Shown here: positions 28,588-38,120 of the stretch, one piece after another | Layout: every line of letters starts with the position of its first letter | Position numbering within the stretch: position 1 is the stretch's first letter | Assembly: GCA_028865305.1 (NCBI GenBank) | Contig: JAGWKM010000003.1 | Location: 4,820-68,819, forward strand | Direction: 5' to 3' | Origin: Patescibacteria group bacterium | GTDB taxonomy: Bacteria; Patescibacteriota; Minisyncoccia; UBA6257; 2-01-FULL-56-20 | Length of the DNA stretch: 64,000 nt | Position numbers and translations under genes: made by a program | The notes under the pieces: model-generated | Database searches by the model: none | What the model saw: only the letters and a program-made list of their open reading frames with translations | What the model was told of the DNA's origin: nothing

Positions 28588-29598
28588 TCAGCGTTTGGGG
28601 ACTTCGTGCGCTTCGAGCGCCTGGCGGTACTTCTCGATGGAGTAGAGTTCGAAAGCGTCGCCGCACATGAAGACGGCAACGATATTACCGTCTTTGTTCC
28701 GGAGCCGTTCCCAGGCGCCGGGTGTGCGCCGTTCATTTTTGAGAAATTTCTCAAGGGCGACTCTTGCGCCGCCGGAAGTCGGACCGCCGTGGATGCCTGC
28801 AATCGCGAGCTCCCAGCTGCTCCGGTAGGCCTCGGCCTGGCGGATTTCTACTAGGTTTACATTGGCGTTCGATGTGTCGCCGATGATTTTCGAAAGGGGA
28901 ACTTGCGAGAGGCGGCTCATCGTGCGCATACCGGGCACCGGATTGCCTTCGGCGCAGTAGCCGGCAACCACCGTAATCGGAGCCGTGAAGCTGATGGCTG
29001 CTCCGATGTGGCCGCACGTGCCCAAAGTGCCGGCGTAAACAGTCATCTTTTCCCGGGTTTGTTCCCAGGCGGGGGTAATGTGATATATTAAATGCCCTTT
29101 GATGTTGTCCGGATTCGAATATTGGCCGATATAGCGGCAGCCCTTTTCCTGGCCTCTTAAACAGGCCTGCTGCATGGCGGTCGCTTCCCCGGGCAGGTCG
29201 CGGCATTTCACGAGCTCGAGGTCGGCACCGATATCCGCGAGTTCGCGGAGCCGGTCCTCTTTTGTTTTTGGCATATCTGCCGGAACGAAAAGGACTGCTT
29301 TGAGGCCGCGATGCTGCGCAAAGATGGCTTCGCATTTCGCCGTATTGCCGGAGGAAGAATCGGTGATTGTGTGGACGCCGTCAAGTTCGCCGCGCATTTC
29401 GGCTTCGTGGAACATGTGGAATACGGCTGGGTGCTTGAGCGATTGCAGTGGCCATTCGAAAGCGGCCTGCGCGTATATCTTCACTCGATCTTTCGACGGA
29501 AACGGGTTTAGCTCGGGCGGCAACTGGATGAGCGGAACGGGCGGAAGATGGCGCGGATCAAGATAGGCAGTCGGACTTTCGAAAACGTTGTTTTGCAC
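28588..29598 (-). CDS. PLP-dependent cysteine-synthase-family (fold type II) enzyme, divergent
   Basis: SLKHP (PLP Lys region), DSSSGNT, QYSNPDN, GTLGTCG, GPTSG; GTG start with AGGAG. Confidence 0.8.
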   Translation of the reverse strand: MQNNVFESPTAYLDPRHLPPVPLIQLPPELNPFPSKDRVKIYAQAAFEWPLQSLKHPAVFHMFHEAEMRGELDGVHTITDSSSGNTAKCEAIFAQHRGLKAVLFVPADMPKTKEDRLRELADIGADLELVKCRDLPGEATAMQQACLRGQEKGCRYIGQYSNPDNIKGHLIYHITPAWEQTREKMTVYAGTLGTCGHIGAAISFTAPITVVAGYCAEGNPVPGMRTMSRLSQVPLSKIIGDTSNANVNLVEIRQAEAYRSSWELAIAGIHGGPTSGGARVALEKFLKNERRTPGAWERLRNKDGNIVAVFMCGDAFELYSIEKYRQALEAHEVPKR

Positions 29599-29660
29599 GC
29601 TGTGCTCCTTTTTAGATGGACTGCTTTCCTTCTACTCCGAAAACAGAAGGAAAGCAAGGG

Positions 29661-30728
29661 TTATTCCGTCCTCTGTTTCCGATCCTCGGTTCTCCGCAAA
29701 ATGCAGAACGGCGTCATCTCATCGGATTGGCCGAGGGGATTGTCGCGAAAAGCTTTTTCTATGAACGCCTCTGAAGGTGCGCCGCTCGTTTTGCCGAGCG
29801 AAAACGCGCCGCGGTAGTTTGCATCGAGGATGACCGCTTCGCAACCGATTGCTTTCTTGATGCGCCGCGCGGCGCCCTTCGGGTCATCCGGCGCGAGTTT
29901 CACCGAGTGCGCGTATTCCAAAATCAAAAATGACATCGGGCAATCGATGGACTTCGCGCGCAAACCGCAGATGCGATAGAACATTCCCTTAATGCCGAAC
30001 GGCCGCGTGATGGCGGATACGGCGGCGGCGAAAAGGACGCGCGGCACGCCGGCTTCTTCGATGAAGGCCTGCATCGCGATCGATGTCCCGTGGCCGAAAC
30101 CGCGGAAATTGCCCGAACCGTAATAATTTCCGACGCGGCCCGCCAAAAAGCGGGCGAGCCTGGTCGGTTTGATGGTACTCATGTCGACGACCCGGCCCTG
30201 GGTGATGGTGAGCGCTTTTTCGCTTACAAAAACAATATCGCCGGGCTTCACATAAGGTTGCACATATTTTTCGATGAGCGGCAGGATGTCGGTGTCTTTC
30301 GCCGTGATGAGCCGCGTGCGGACCGGCAGGCGTTCATAGGTAACGCCATCGACGCCGATCTCGATCTGTTTTCCCGGGTTGGGCCGGAATTCGCCGGTTG
30401 GTTCGATTACCGTTATCCGGCGGCCACCGGAAACCGGCCCGCCAAAAGAAACCTCTTCACCGCGAAACAAGGCGAATAATTTTTCGATGAGCGCGCGGAT
30501 TGCCGCCGGGCTTTCATTCAATTTCGCCCGCGAGGAGAGCAATTCCGTTGCTTCCATGTAAAGGATGTGTGCCTCGTCGACGCGGAGCGCGGAAAAGGCC
30601 GCTTCAGCAGCCGGGGCGTCGCGGTCGGCTAGCGCCTGTACGGCCGCCGAGCCGTCTGGGTGCGGAAGATAGGCGATAGTGAGTCCGGTTTGCGTCTTGA
30701 AATCGGTATAGGTCTGGGTTTTTTCCAT
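29661..30728 (-). CDS. CofE-like (F420:glutamate ligase family) protein with extra N-terminal domain
   Basis: PVRTRLI, GDIVFVSEK..TITQG, ILDAN, DNPLGQSDEMTP. Confidence 0.75.
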   Translation of the reverse strand: MEKTQTYTDFKTQTGLTIAYLPHPDGSAAVQALADRDAPAAEAAFSALRVDEAHILYMEATELLSSRAKLNESPAAIRALIEKLFALFRGEEVSFGGPVSGGRRITVIEPTGEFRPNPGKQIEIGVDGVTYERLPVRTRLITAKDTDILPLIEKYVQPYVKPGDIVFVSEKALTITQGRVVDMSTIKPTRLARFLAGRVGNYYGSGNFRGFGHGTSIAMQAFIEEAGVPRVLFAAAVSAITRPFGIKGMFYRICGLRAKSIDCPMSFLILEYAHSVKLAPDDPKGAARRIKKAIGCEAVILDANYRGAFSLGKTSGAPSEAFIEKAFRDNPLGQSDEMTPFCILRRTEDRKQRTE

Positions 30729-30818
30729 AACAAAGGAATTATAGCAGATAAAAAGGTTGATTTGACCAATTTGCGGCAGGATAATATCATTCCGATAGGA
30801 ACTTATCGAGATAAATTT

Positions 30819-31259
30819 ATGAAAAAATCAAAAGATTTCATGGGCTCGGTCAGCATGATGCATGGCAAGCTCCATATGGTAAAGATCACGGAGGCGCGGA
30901 AGGACTACGAGGGCTCCATCACGATCGACCGCGATTTGGTGGAAGCTGCCGGCATGACGGACCATCAATACGTGGTCATCACGAACCGCACCAACAAGGG
31001 CAAGTTTTGGGAGACCTACGTGATGTACGGCAAGGCGGGGAGCGGCGAGATCTGCGCCAACGGTTCGGCGGCGTGGCATTTCCGCCCGGGCGACAAGGTG
31101 ATCATCATCGCGAGGACGGACGTGCCATACGCAAAACGGCTTTCGGTCCGCCCGCGTTCAGTTCTTGTGAACGAAAAAAACCAGGTCAAGGAAATCAGGA
31201 CCTACAACCTCAAAAACCATACGTTCACTTCGGAACGTTTCACGCCCAAGCCGAAATGA
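30819..31259 (+). CDS. panD: Aspartate 1-decarboxylase proenzyme
   Basis: KLH, YEG/SITID autocleavage site, ETY, ICANGSAA, GDKVII; promoter TTGACC-17-TATCAT at 30762-30790. Confidence 0.9.
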   Translation: MKKSKDFMGSVSMMHGKLHMVKITEARKDYEGSITIDRDLVEAAGMTDHQYVVITNRTNKGKFWETYVMYGKAGSGEICANGSAAWHFRPGDKVIIIARTDVPYAKRLSVRPRSVLVNEKNQVKEIRTYNLKNHTFTSERFTPKPK

Positions 31260-31276
31260 GCAGGGTTCCGTCCGCC

Positions 31277-31310
31277 GGCGCCTTCCGAAACCAGGAGGGC
31301 GCTTTTTTTT
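31277..31310 (+). terminator. Terminator after panD
   Basis: GCGCCTTCC-loop-GGAGGGCGC followed by a T run. Confidence 0.75.
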
Positions 31311-31446
31311 CACTCTCCAAACTTAAAACCGCGCCCATAAGGGTGCGGATGAAGTTTGGTCCCGCCGGCGCTTTGGCCGGTGGGACGCCGCCCATCCGGG
31401 GCGGCGAAGAGGGAGAAGATACCCCGTCCGTGAGGGCGGGGTATCT

Positions 31447-31926
31447 TCATTTCAATTCCGCCGATTCTTTTTCCAGCCGTTCCGAAACATTCATCTTGCG
31501 CAGGATAAAGAGCAATACCGCGATAAGCAGCGCTGAAACCGTGGCAAACTGCAAAAGGCCGGCGCCCGCGAGGATGCCGACCGCGGCGGTGAGCCAGACG
31601 AGGGCGGCGGTCGTCACGCCGTGCGGATGGTCGTTCGATTTGATGATGAGCCCGGCGCCGAGGAAGCCGATGCCGACGACGACATTCGCGATGACCTGCA
31701 GGAAGCCGCTGTTGTGCGCGAGGATATCGGTGAGATTCGTCGAATCAAGGGCGGTCAAATAGGGAAGCATGAGTCCGGCCATGGTGAAAAGCGCCGCGCC
31801 GCCCGCGACGAGCATTTCGGTCCGCACGCCGGCTTCCTTGCGGACGAGTTCCCGCTCGACGCCCAAAATGGCGCCGAGGACGAGCGCGACGACAAAGCGG
31901 AAAAGCATTTGTCCAAGAGTGAGCAT
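31447..31926 (-). CDS. MgtC/SapB-family membrane protein
   Basis: LGVERE...AGVRTEMLV, VVGIGFLGAG, GVTTAA.VW.TAAVG. Confidence 0.9.
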   Translation of the reverse strand: MLTLGQMLFRFVVALVLGAILGVERELVRKEAGVRTEMLVAGGAALFTMAGLMLPYLTALDSTNLTDILAHNSGFLQVIANVVVGIGFLGAGLIIKSNDHPHGVTTAALVWLTAAVGILAGAGLLQFATVSALLIAVLLFILRKMNVSERLEKESAELK

Positions 31927-32009
31927 GGGTTGTTTTTATTATTATAACAAATCATATTCATAGCTGAATAAAAAAGCCACGTTTCCGCGGCGATTACCGG
32001 ATCCGGAAC

Positions 32010-32399
32010 CTATGCCGGCTTTGCGGCATTTTTTCCTTGTTCAAGCGTCCGGAGATAATATTCGGCGAGAGCCCTTGCGAAGCTGTGTCGCAGGGCGTTG
32101 CAATTTTTTCCATCCCTGCAGGCCAGCGTATGTCCGCTGAATCCAAATATTCCAAAGCAGCTTTCCCCATCGTCTTCTTTGATGAAGTTCGCCACCTCGA
32201 CGGCTTCTTTTGGACTCTCGATGATAAAAACAATATCAGTGGCAGTATATTTGGGCCCGCTACAGTTTTTACCTCGGAAGCTATGATCTTCGAGGGCGCT
32301 CACGAAACTCTGCGGTTTTACCGGGATTCGTTGCTTACAAATTGAGCAAGTACCTGCTCGCTTCAGCTTCGGTATTGGCATATAAGCTCCTGGAGCCAT
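32010..32399 (-). CDS. Hypothetical Cys/His-rich protein
   Basis: CSIC...H..C; only plausible ORF in the gap. Confidence 0.5.
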   Translation of the reverse strand: MAPGAYMPIPKLKRAGTCSICKQRIPVKPQSFVSALEDHSFRGKNCSGPKYTATDIVFIIESPKEAVEVANFIKEDDGESCFGIFGFSGHTLACRDGKNCNALRHSFARALAEYYLRTLEQGKNAAKPA

Positions 32400-32463
32400 G
32401 ATACTCTTCTAGTTATTGGACGGTCAATCCGGTTGCGTTTCTCGCAATATTTGCTATGATGGA

Positions 32464-32635
32464 CGTAATAGGATAGCGAGGTGGACGCCGCTAACGACGG
32501 CTTGGCTGGATGGGGGAATGTAAAAAGGCCCGGCGACATAACGCCCGGCGAAGTAAGGTGGCACCGCGGTCCGAACGCCAGATCGCCCTTACAAAGTCAT
32601 CGAGTCGAGGTGATTTTGTAAGGGCGTTTTGTTTT
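32464..32635 (+). ncRNA. T-box riboswitch (Asp), transcriptional, very short Stem I
   Basis: T-box AAGGTGGCACCGCG at 32555-32568; antiterminator GTAAGG/CCTTAC plus GCGGTC/GATCGC; terminator 32584-32626 with U tract; GAC at 32484-32486; promoter TGcTATGAT at 32452-32460; upstream of aspS. Confidence 0.9.
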
Positions 32636-32638
32636 CTA

Positions 32639-32720
32639 GTAGAATGTAGAAAGTAGAAGGTAGAAAGGTAGTCTGCTCATTCTCCATCTTCCATTCTCCA
32701 TCTTCCATTCTCCATCCTAC
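32639..32720. repeat. Heptamer-armed element between the T-box terminator and aspS
   Basis: (GTAGAAN)x4, core, then alternating ATTCTCC/ATCTTCC x5 and ATCCTAC. Confidence 0.9.
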
Positions 32721-32733
32721 TTTTTACCCCCTT

Positions 32734-34146
32734 ATGCAACGAACTCACATTGCGGATATAATTAAAGAAGAAGGCAAGACGGTGACTCTCGCCGGCTGGG
32801 TGCATGCGCGGCGCGACCACGGCAAACTGGTTTTCATCGACTTGCGCGACCGGAGCGGCATCGTGCAGGTGGTTTTCGGGCCGGATGTCGCCGGTGCTTC
32901 GGAGCTGCGGTTGGAATATGTCATCAAAGTGAAGGGCGAAGTGAAAAAGCGGCCGCCGTCGATGGTGAATGACAAGATCCCGACCGGCGCCTTCGAGATC
33001 GGCGCGACGGAATTGGAAATCCTGAACCGGTCCGGTGAAATGCCGATCCCGGTCGATACCGACGGCTTCGACATCAACGAAGAGCGGCGGCTGCAGTATC
33101 GCTATCTCGACCTGCGCCGCGAACGGTTAAAAAACAACATCATCGCGCGGCACAAGGTCATCAAATTCATCCGTGATTTCTTGGCGGAGCGCGGCTTTAT
33201 TGAAATCGAAACGCCGAACCTTTCAAAATCGACGCCCGAAGGCGCGCGCGATTACCTCGTGCCGTCGCGCATCCAAAAAGGGAATTTTTATGCCTTGCCG
33301 CAATCGCCGCAGCAGTATAAGCAGCTTTTGATGGTGGCCGGGCTCGAAAAATATTTCCAAATTGCGCGTTGTTTCCGCGATGAGGACACGCGCGGCGACC
33401 GCCAGCCGGAATTCACCCAGCTCGATTTCGAGATGAGCTTCGTTGCGCGCGAAGACGTGATGGCGCTGAACGAGGAACTTTTGATCGCTATCGTCAAAAC
33501 GTTATATCCGCAGAAAAAAATCCAGGAAATCCCGTTCCCGCGCATCAGCTATGCGGAAGCGATGCAAAAATACGGCACCGACCGGCCGGACATGCGGAAA
33601 GATAAAAATGATCCGGATTTATTGGCATTTTGCTGGGTCATCGATTTCCCGTTTTTTGAAAAAGTGAAAGCGGATGCCGCGCACTCCGAAGCCTCGGCGC
33701 AGGAGTGGACGTTTACCCACAATCCGTTTTCGGCACCCAAACCGGAATTTATGGCGGATTTGCTTGCAAAGAAAAATATCCCGGACATTCTGACGACGCA
33801 GTACGATGTCGCGATGAACGGTTTGGAAGTCGGCGGCGGCAGCATCCGCAACCATCAGCCGGAAGCGCTCGAAGCGGTGTTCGAAATTATGGGTTTCAAA
33901 AAAGAGCGGATCTATGCGAACTTCGGCCACATGCTCGAGGCCTTGAGTTTCGGCGCGCCGCCGCACGGCGGGATTGCGTGGGGGCTCGACCGTTTGGTAT
34001 CATTACTGCAAAACGAGCCGAACATCCGCGAGGTGATCGCGTTCCCGAAGACTGGCGACGGCCGCGACCCGATGATGGGTTCGCCCGCAGAGGTCGAGGA
34101 GAAACAATTGAAGGAGTTGGGCATCGAAATAAAAAAGAAATCGTAG
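32734..34146 (+). CDS. aspS: Aspartate-tRNA ligase, compact (no GAD insertion), probably non-discriminating
   Basis: RRDHGKLVFIDLRD, YRYLDLR, STPEGARDYLVP, LPQSPQ, FRDED, PPHGGIAWGLDR. Confidence 0.96.
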   Translation: MQRTHIADIIKEEGKTVTLAGWVHARRDHGKLVFIDLRDRSGIVQVVFGPDVAGASELRLEYVIKVKGEVKKRPPSMVNDKIPTGAFEIGATELEILNRSGEMPIPVDTDGFDINEERRLQYRYLDLRRERLKNNIIARHKVIKFIRDFLAERGFIEIETPNLSKSTPEGARDYLVPSRIQKGNFYALPQSPQQYKQLLMVAGLEKYFQIARCFRDEDTRGDRQPEFTQLDFEMSFVAREDVMALNEELLIAIVKTLYPQKKIQEIPFPRISYAEAMQKYGTDRPDMRKDKNDPDLLAFCWVIDFPFFEKVKADAAHSEASAQEWTFTHNPFSAPKPEFMADLLAKKNIPDILTTQYDVAMNGLEVGGGSIRNHQPEALEAVFEIMGFKKERIYANFGHMLEALSFGAPPHGGIAWGLDRLVSLLQNEPNIREVIAFPKTGDGRDPMMGSPAEVEEKQLKELGIEIKKKS

Positions 34147-34222
34147 AATAGTTAATCGTAGAATGTATAATGGAGAATGAAGAACGTATAATGGGTTAAC
34201 CCATTCTCCATTCTCCATTTCC
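34143..34222. repeat. Empty heptamer-armed hairpin element (aspS-ndk)
   Basis: GTAGAAT GTATAAT GGAGAAT GAAGAAC GTATAAT-GGGTTAACCC-ATTCTCC ATTCTCC; overlaps the aspS stop. Confidence 0.92.
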
Positions 34223-34807
34223 ATGAAACATCCCAAAGAAGAACTTACGTTTGCGATGGTGAAACCGGATGGCGTGCGGAAAGGTTTGACGGGTGAAATC
34301 ATCAAACGCTTTGAGCAGCGCGACCTGAAAATTGTGGCGCTTGAAATGTTCACGCCGAGCGTGAAGCAGATCGATGACCATTATCCGAAAGACGAGGCCT
34401 GGATCCGCCGGCTTGGCCAGAAATCGCTTTCGACCTATGAGAAATATGGCATTGATCCGGTGAAAGAATTGGGCACCGCGGATGACCTTGAAATCGGCAA
34501 GAGCGTCCGTAAGTGGCTGATCGATTACATGACCTCCGCGCCGCTCGTGAAAATGGTGGTGCAGGGGATCCATGCCGTGGATGTGGTCCGGAAGATCGCG
34601 GGGCCGACGCTGCCGTACAAGGCTGAAGTCGGCACGATCCGCGGCGATTTTTCGATTGATTCGCCGCTCCTTGCAAACAGCGAAAAACGAGCCGTGATGA
34701 ATCTTATTCACGCCTCCGAAACGCCCGAGGAGGCCGCGCATGAAATCGAGCATTGGTTTGGCAAAATAAAGCTGAATGAATACAAAAGGTTCGGCGTGGA
34801 CGAATAA
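34223..34807 (+). CDS. ndk: Nucleoside diphosphate kinase
   Basis: TFAMVKPDGV, GTIRGDF, NLIHASE. Confidence 0.95.
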   Translation: MKHPKEELTFAMVKPDGVRKGLTGEIIKRFEQRDLKIVALEMFTPSVKQIDDHYPKDEAWIRRLGQKSLSTYEKYGIDPVKELGTADDLEIGKSVRKWLIDYMTSAPLVKMVVQGIHAVDVVRKIAGPTLPYKAEVGTIRGDFSIDSPLLANSEKRAVMNLIHASETPEEAAHEIEHWFGKIKLNEYKRFGVDE

Positions 34808-34851
34808 AGCGCTCGGATATCGGATAAAAGATTAAAATTTTATTAAAATAT

Positions 34852-34887
34852 TCGGATTAGATTCGACGATCGTCGGATATAATCCTT
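34852..34887. repeat. Palindromic element containing the probable -10 box of the NUDIX gene
   Basis: GGATTAGATTCGACG-AT-CGTCGGATATAATCC. Confidence 0.8.
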
Positions 34888-34892
34888 TTGAC

Positions 34893-35402
34893 ATGGAACT
34901 CGATCCGCGGTTACATTTTGTAGTGGTGACGGGGATTGTGGCGAAGTTGGAAAATGGGACGCCAAAATTCCTGATCGCGAAGCGCGCACCGACGGAAAAA
35001 GCGTTCCCGAACAAATGGACCGTGCCGGGCGGCAAGCTCGTGCGGACCGAATATGAAAATTTGCCCAAGCGGCCGTATGTGGAAGGCCAGAAGCCGAGCG
35101 AGGCGCCGCAGTGGTATAACCTGGTTGAATGGGTGTTGCGGAAGGAAGTGATGGAAGAAGTGAACGTCGAAATCGAATCGCCGAAATATCTGACTGATCT
35201 TGTCTTTATCCGCCCCGACGGTTATCCCGTCGCCACGCTTTCCTATTGGGCGATGTACAAATCCGGAGACCCCAAGCCGGGCAAGGATTTAACGGAGGTG
35301 GCCTGGGTCACCGCCGCCGAGGCGAAGCAGCATGACATGATAGAGGGCATTCCGGAGGAAATCGCGGAGGTGGAGAGGATAATTGTAGAACGTATAATGT
35401 AG
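34893..35402 (+). CDS. NUDIX hydrolase
   Basis: WTVPGGK...LRKEVMEEV (Nudix box with insertion). Confidence 0.85.
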   Translation: MELDPRLHFVVVTGIVAKLENGTPKFLIAKRAPTEKAFPNKWTVPGGKLVRTEYENLPKRPYVEGQKPSEAPQWYNLVEWVLRKEVMEEVNVEIESPKYLTDLVFIRPDGYPVATLSYWAMYKSGDPKPGKDLTEVAWVTAAEAKQHDMIEGIPEEIAEVERIIVERIM

Positions 35403-35473
35403 AATGTAGAATGGGATTAAAAAATTATTAAATAACTTTTGCAGACTTCAGATCCACATGCTATGAATGGCAT

Positions 35474-35881
35474 ATGGCAACTCAAAAAATTGAACAATTT
35501 ACCGATCTCAACGCATGGAAAGAATCTCACAAATTAGCCTTATTTGTTTATAAAGCAACAAAAATCTTCCCCAAGGAAGAAATGTTTGGGTTAGCGAACC
35601 AGATGAGACGGGCCGCCGTCTCGATCACTTCAAATATTGCTGAAGGATTCGGAAGGCGAAGCAGCAAGGAAAAGCTCCAGTTTTATTATCTTTCCAAGGG
35701 TTCTTTAAACGAAGAAAAGAACCAGCTTTTAATATCCCGTGATGTCGGATATTTGGAAAACGATCTTTTTACAGAAGGTATGAAGCAAGCCAATATTGCG
35801 GATCAATTATTACAAGGATTAATTCGTTCTGCGGCATTGAGGACTGGCTCTTATTTCCGTAATAATACCTCCAGCCACTGA
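35474..35881 (+). CDS. Four-helix-bundle protein (23S rRNA IVS/S23, Avd-like family)
   Basis: FTDLNAW, FPKEEMFGLANQMRRAAVSITSNIAEGFGR, KGSLNE. Confidence 0.93.
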   Translation: MATQKIEQFTDLNAWKESHKLALFVYKATKIFPKEEMFGLANQMRRAAVSITSNIAEGFGRRSSKEKLQFYYLSKGSLNEEKNQLLISRDVGYLENDLFTEGMKQANIADQLLQGLIRSAALRTGSYFRNNTSSH

Positions 35882-36459
35882 ACGCCCCGCAATTCCTGCA
35901 GCCCATTTTTGACGATGATAAATTTTCCAGCCAGTTCTTCTATATCTTTTTGAGAGTAGAAATAAAACATCCTTTTTCCAAACTTGTCCTCCTTCAATAT
36001 TTTTTCGTAATTATCCTTATGCTTTAAAGAAATGCGCATTGCGCCGCCTTCATTAAGTGCCGCATATGAATGCGCCAGGATCTCTTTCAAGCTTTCCTTT
36101 GGTACATGAAGCAGCGAAGCAAAGGCAAAAATTATATCCAAACCATCCGGGAAAAAAAAGTTTTCTATGTCCGCAACCTCAAACCGGCCGTTTGGCACTT
36201 TCCTTTTGGCGAGCGCAATCATCCCTTCGGAAATATCTATGCCTAGATAATCATTCGTTTCCTTGATAATTTCCTCTGTGTCCCTGCCATTCCCGCAGCC
36301 GATTTCCAGAATTTTCGGATTTATTTTATCTACAAGCTGAAAGGTTTCTCTTATATCAGAAATCCGCACTCCTATTTCATCAAATTTGGCAGCGAGCTGA
36401 TGCGCGCTATTATTGTAAGCATCAACCGTTTGCGATTTTTCCTCCTGAAAATTATTCAT
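35851..36459 (-). CDS. Class I SAM-dependent methyltransferase
   Basis: ILEIGCGNGRD, GIDISEGMI, ASLLHVP; AT-rich. Confidence 0.9.
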   Translation of the reverse strand: MNNFQEEKSQTVDAYNNSAHQLAAKFDEIGVRISDIRETFQLVDKINPKILEIGCGNGRDTEEIIKETNDYLGIDISEGMIALAKRKVPNGRFEVADIENFFFPDGLDIIFAFASLLHVPKESLKEILAHSYAALNEGGAMRISLKHKDNYEKILKEDKFGKRMFYFYSQKDIEELAGKFIIVKNGLQELRGVQWLEVLLRK

Positions 36460-36525
36460 GATTTTCAACTGAATATGGGATGAAACGTAGAATACAAAAA
36501 GAGTCCGCCCATTATACATTCTCCA

Positions 36526-37260
36526 TTATACATTCTTCCTTTCCAAAAACGCTTTCACGATGGGATCCATATCACCTTCTAAAATCTTTTCAATATTATG
36601 CCATTTTTTGCCGATGCGGTGGTCGGTGATGCGATCGTCGGGGAAGTTGTAAGTGCGGATTTTTTCGGAGCGGTCGGCGGAGCCGATTTGCTCGCGGCGG
36701 AGGTCGGTGACGGAACCGGTGGCCCGTTGCTGTTCGATCTCCCAGAGCTTGGCGCGCAGGATGTCGAGCGCCTTTTCGCGGTTTGCGTGTTGGGAGCGTT
36801 CTTCACGCGAGCTGACGACGATGCCGGTGGGTTTGTGCAGGATGCGCACGGCAGTTTCCACTTTGTTGACGTTTTGGCCGCCAGGGCCGCCGGCGCGCGA
36901 GAAAGTGACTTCGAGGTCGTTCGGATTGATGTTCACTTCGCGCGCCTCGACGATCGGCAAGACCGCGACCGAGGCCGTTGAAGTGTGCACGCGCCCGGAT
37001 TTTTCGGTCGAGGGCACCCGCTGTACGCGATGCACGCCGGATTCATATTGGAAGGCCTCATAGCTGCCCTGGCCTTCGATTTCCGCCACGAGAGATTTGA
37101 ACCCGTTCAAGGTGCTTTCATTTTTATCGAGAACCGAAAACCGCCAGCCGCGTTTAGCCGCATAGCGCTGGTACATCCGACCCAGGTCTCCGGCAAAAAG
37201 CGACGCCTCATCGCCGCCCGCCCCCGCCCGGATTTCAAGAATAAGCTTGTTGGTGGTCAT
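36526..37260 (-). CDS. prfA: Peptide chain release factor 1, short form lacking domain 1
   Basis: [26 protein letters not shown] (PxT), GGPGGQ, IRTYNFP; CATAAT 6 nt before ATG 37260. Confidence 0.9.
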   Translation of the reverse strand: MTTNKLILEIRAGAGGDEASLFAGDLGRMYQRYAAKRGWRFSVLDKNESTLNGFKSLVAEIEGQGSYEAFQYESGVHRVQRVPSTEKSGRVHTSTASVAVLPIVEAREVNINPNDLEVTFSRAGGPGGQNVNKVETAVRILHKPTGIVVSSREERSQHANREKALDILRAKLWEIEQQRATGSVTDLRREQIGSADRSEKIRTYNFPDDRITDHRIGKKWHNIEKILEGDMDPIVKAFLERKNV

Positions 37261-37346
37261 TTGAGCATTATGATATCTAAAATCTATAATTTCGGCAACA
37301 AAAAAATCCCTCACGGGGAGGGATGGGATTGTAAACGACCGGATAT

Positions 37347-38075
37347 TCAACTTTCTTCCGGCTTGGCCGCGAAACATGGCGCAGTTTCTCTTTTCGGTTT
37401 GCCTTCGGTCGCGGCGAAAAGCATCCGCTCGACCCTGCGCTTCAGGAGATGCGCGGTTGCGAGGAAAAAAACCGTGATGCCGATCAAGCTCCACAGCAGC
37501 TTTGGCTCCGCCGGAAAAAACAATCCAAGCAAAGCAAAGGATGCCATTTTGAGGAGGTTGCCGGCGAGGAGCGAGCGGTATGCCCGCCACTCATCCAATT
37601 TGAAATTCAAAGCATAATTTACGCCGACCGGGATACAGCCGGGATAGAGGCCGAAGAAGAACAGCGGCCGGTAATAGCGGGCCGATCTTCTTGCGGCTGC
37701 TGTGTCGAGCGTGCCGACGGGTTTCGGCACGTAGCGGTTATCAAGCCAGCGCAGGACGCCGTGCAATTTCCGGATCCACGAAGAGGAGATCCTTTTCGGA
37801 TTGGCCCGCCTCATCCACGAGAACAGCGGGAAATACGAAAAGGTGTCATAGCTGCTGCAAGCGGCCGCCATGCAAAACGCCGTCGGGCTCGCGAAACCGT
37901 GGAGCCGCCAGAATCCGAGTGATGCTTCGCCGTTCACAAACGTGAGGAGAAGGTTCAATCCATATTTTGCATGGATGCTGAAAGCGGCAACGACGGCCGC
38001 AAGCGCCGCGATGGAGATAGCGGTCCAGATTCTCATTGCCGTTTTCGGCACAAGTCCTCCTAAGATTGGAATCAA
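37347..38075 (-). CDS. Hypothetical membrane protein
   Basis: Hydrophobic ORF filling the gap; start uncertain. Confidence 0.5.
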   Translation of the reverse strand: MIPILGGLVPKTAMRIWTAISIAALAAVVAAFSIHAKYGLNLLLTFVNGEASLGFWRLHGFASPTAFCMAAACSSYDTFSYFPLFSWMRRANPKRISSSWIRKLHGVLRWLDNRYVPKPVGTLDTAAARRSARYYRPLFFFGLYPGCIPVGVNYALNFKLDEWRAYRSLLAGNLLKMASFALLGLFFPAEPKLLWSLIGITVFFLATAHLLKRRVERMLFAATEGKPKRETAPCFAAKPEES

Positions 38076-38120
38076 GAAAACTGGTTGTAAGTATAGAAGA
38101 TATTGTTTAAAATATCCATT

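Larger units (their letters stand above)
35385..36538. mobile_element. Putative filled heptamer-armed element 1 (four-helix-bundle gene plus methyltransferase)
   Basis: Left arm GTAGAAC GTATAAT GTAGAAT GTAGAAT GGG; right arm CCC ATTATAC ATTCTCC ATTATAC ATTCTTC; AT-rich interior. Mobility is inferred. Confidence 0.55.

Noticed and set aside
31359..31446. Run of GC-rich hairpins between panD and the MgtC gene as a structured ncRNA
   Set aside because: No recognisable RNA family; adequately explained as terminators or REP-like hairpins between convergent genes.
35474..35881. 23S rRNA intervening sequence
   Set aside because: Flanks are protein-coding genes; no rRNA sequence is present.
37261..37590. 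N-terminal 110 aa of the 354-aa prfA ORF
   Set aside because: Not RF-like, overlaps another ORF, and a -10 box directly precedes ATG 37260.
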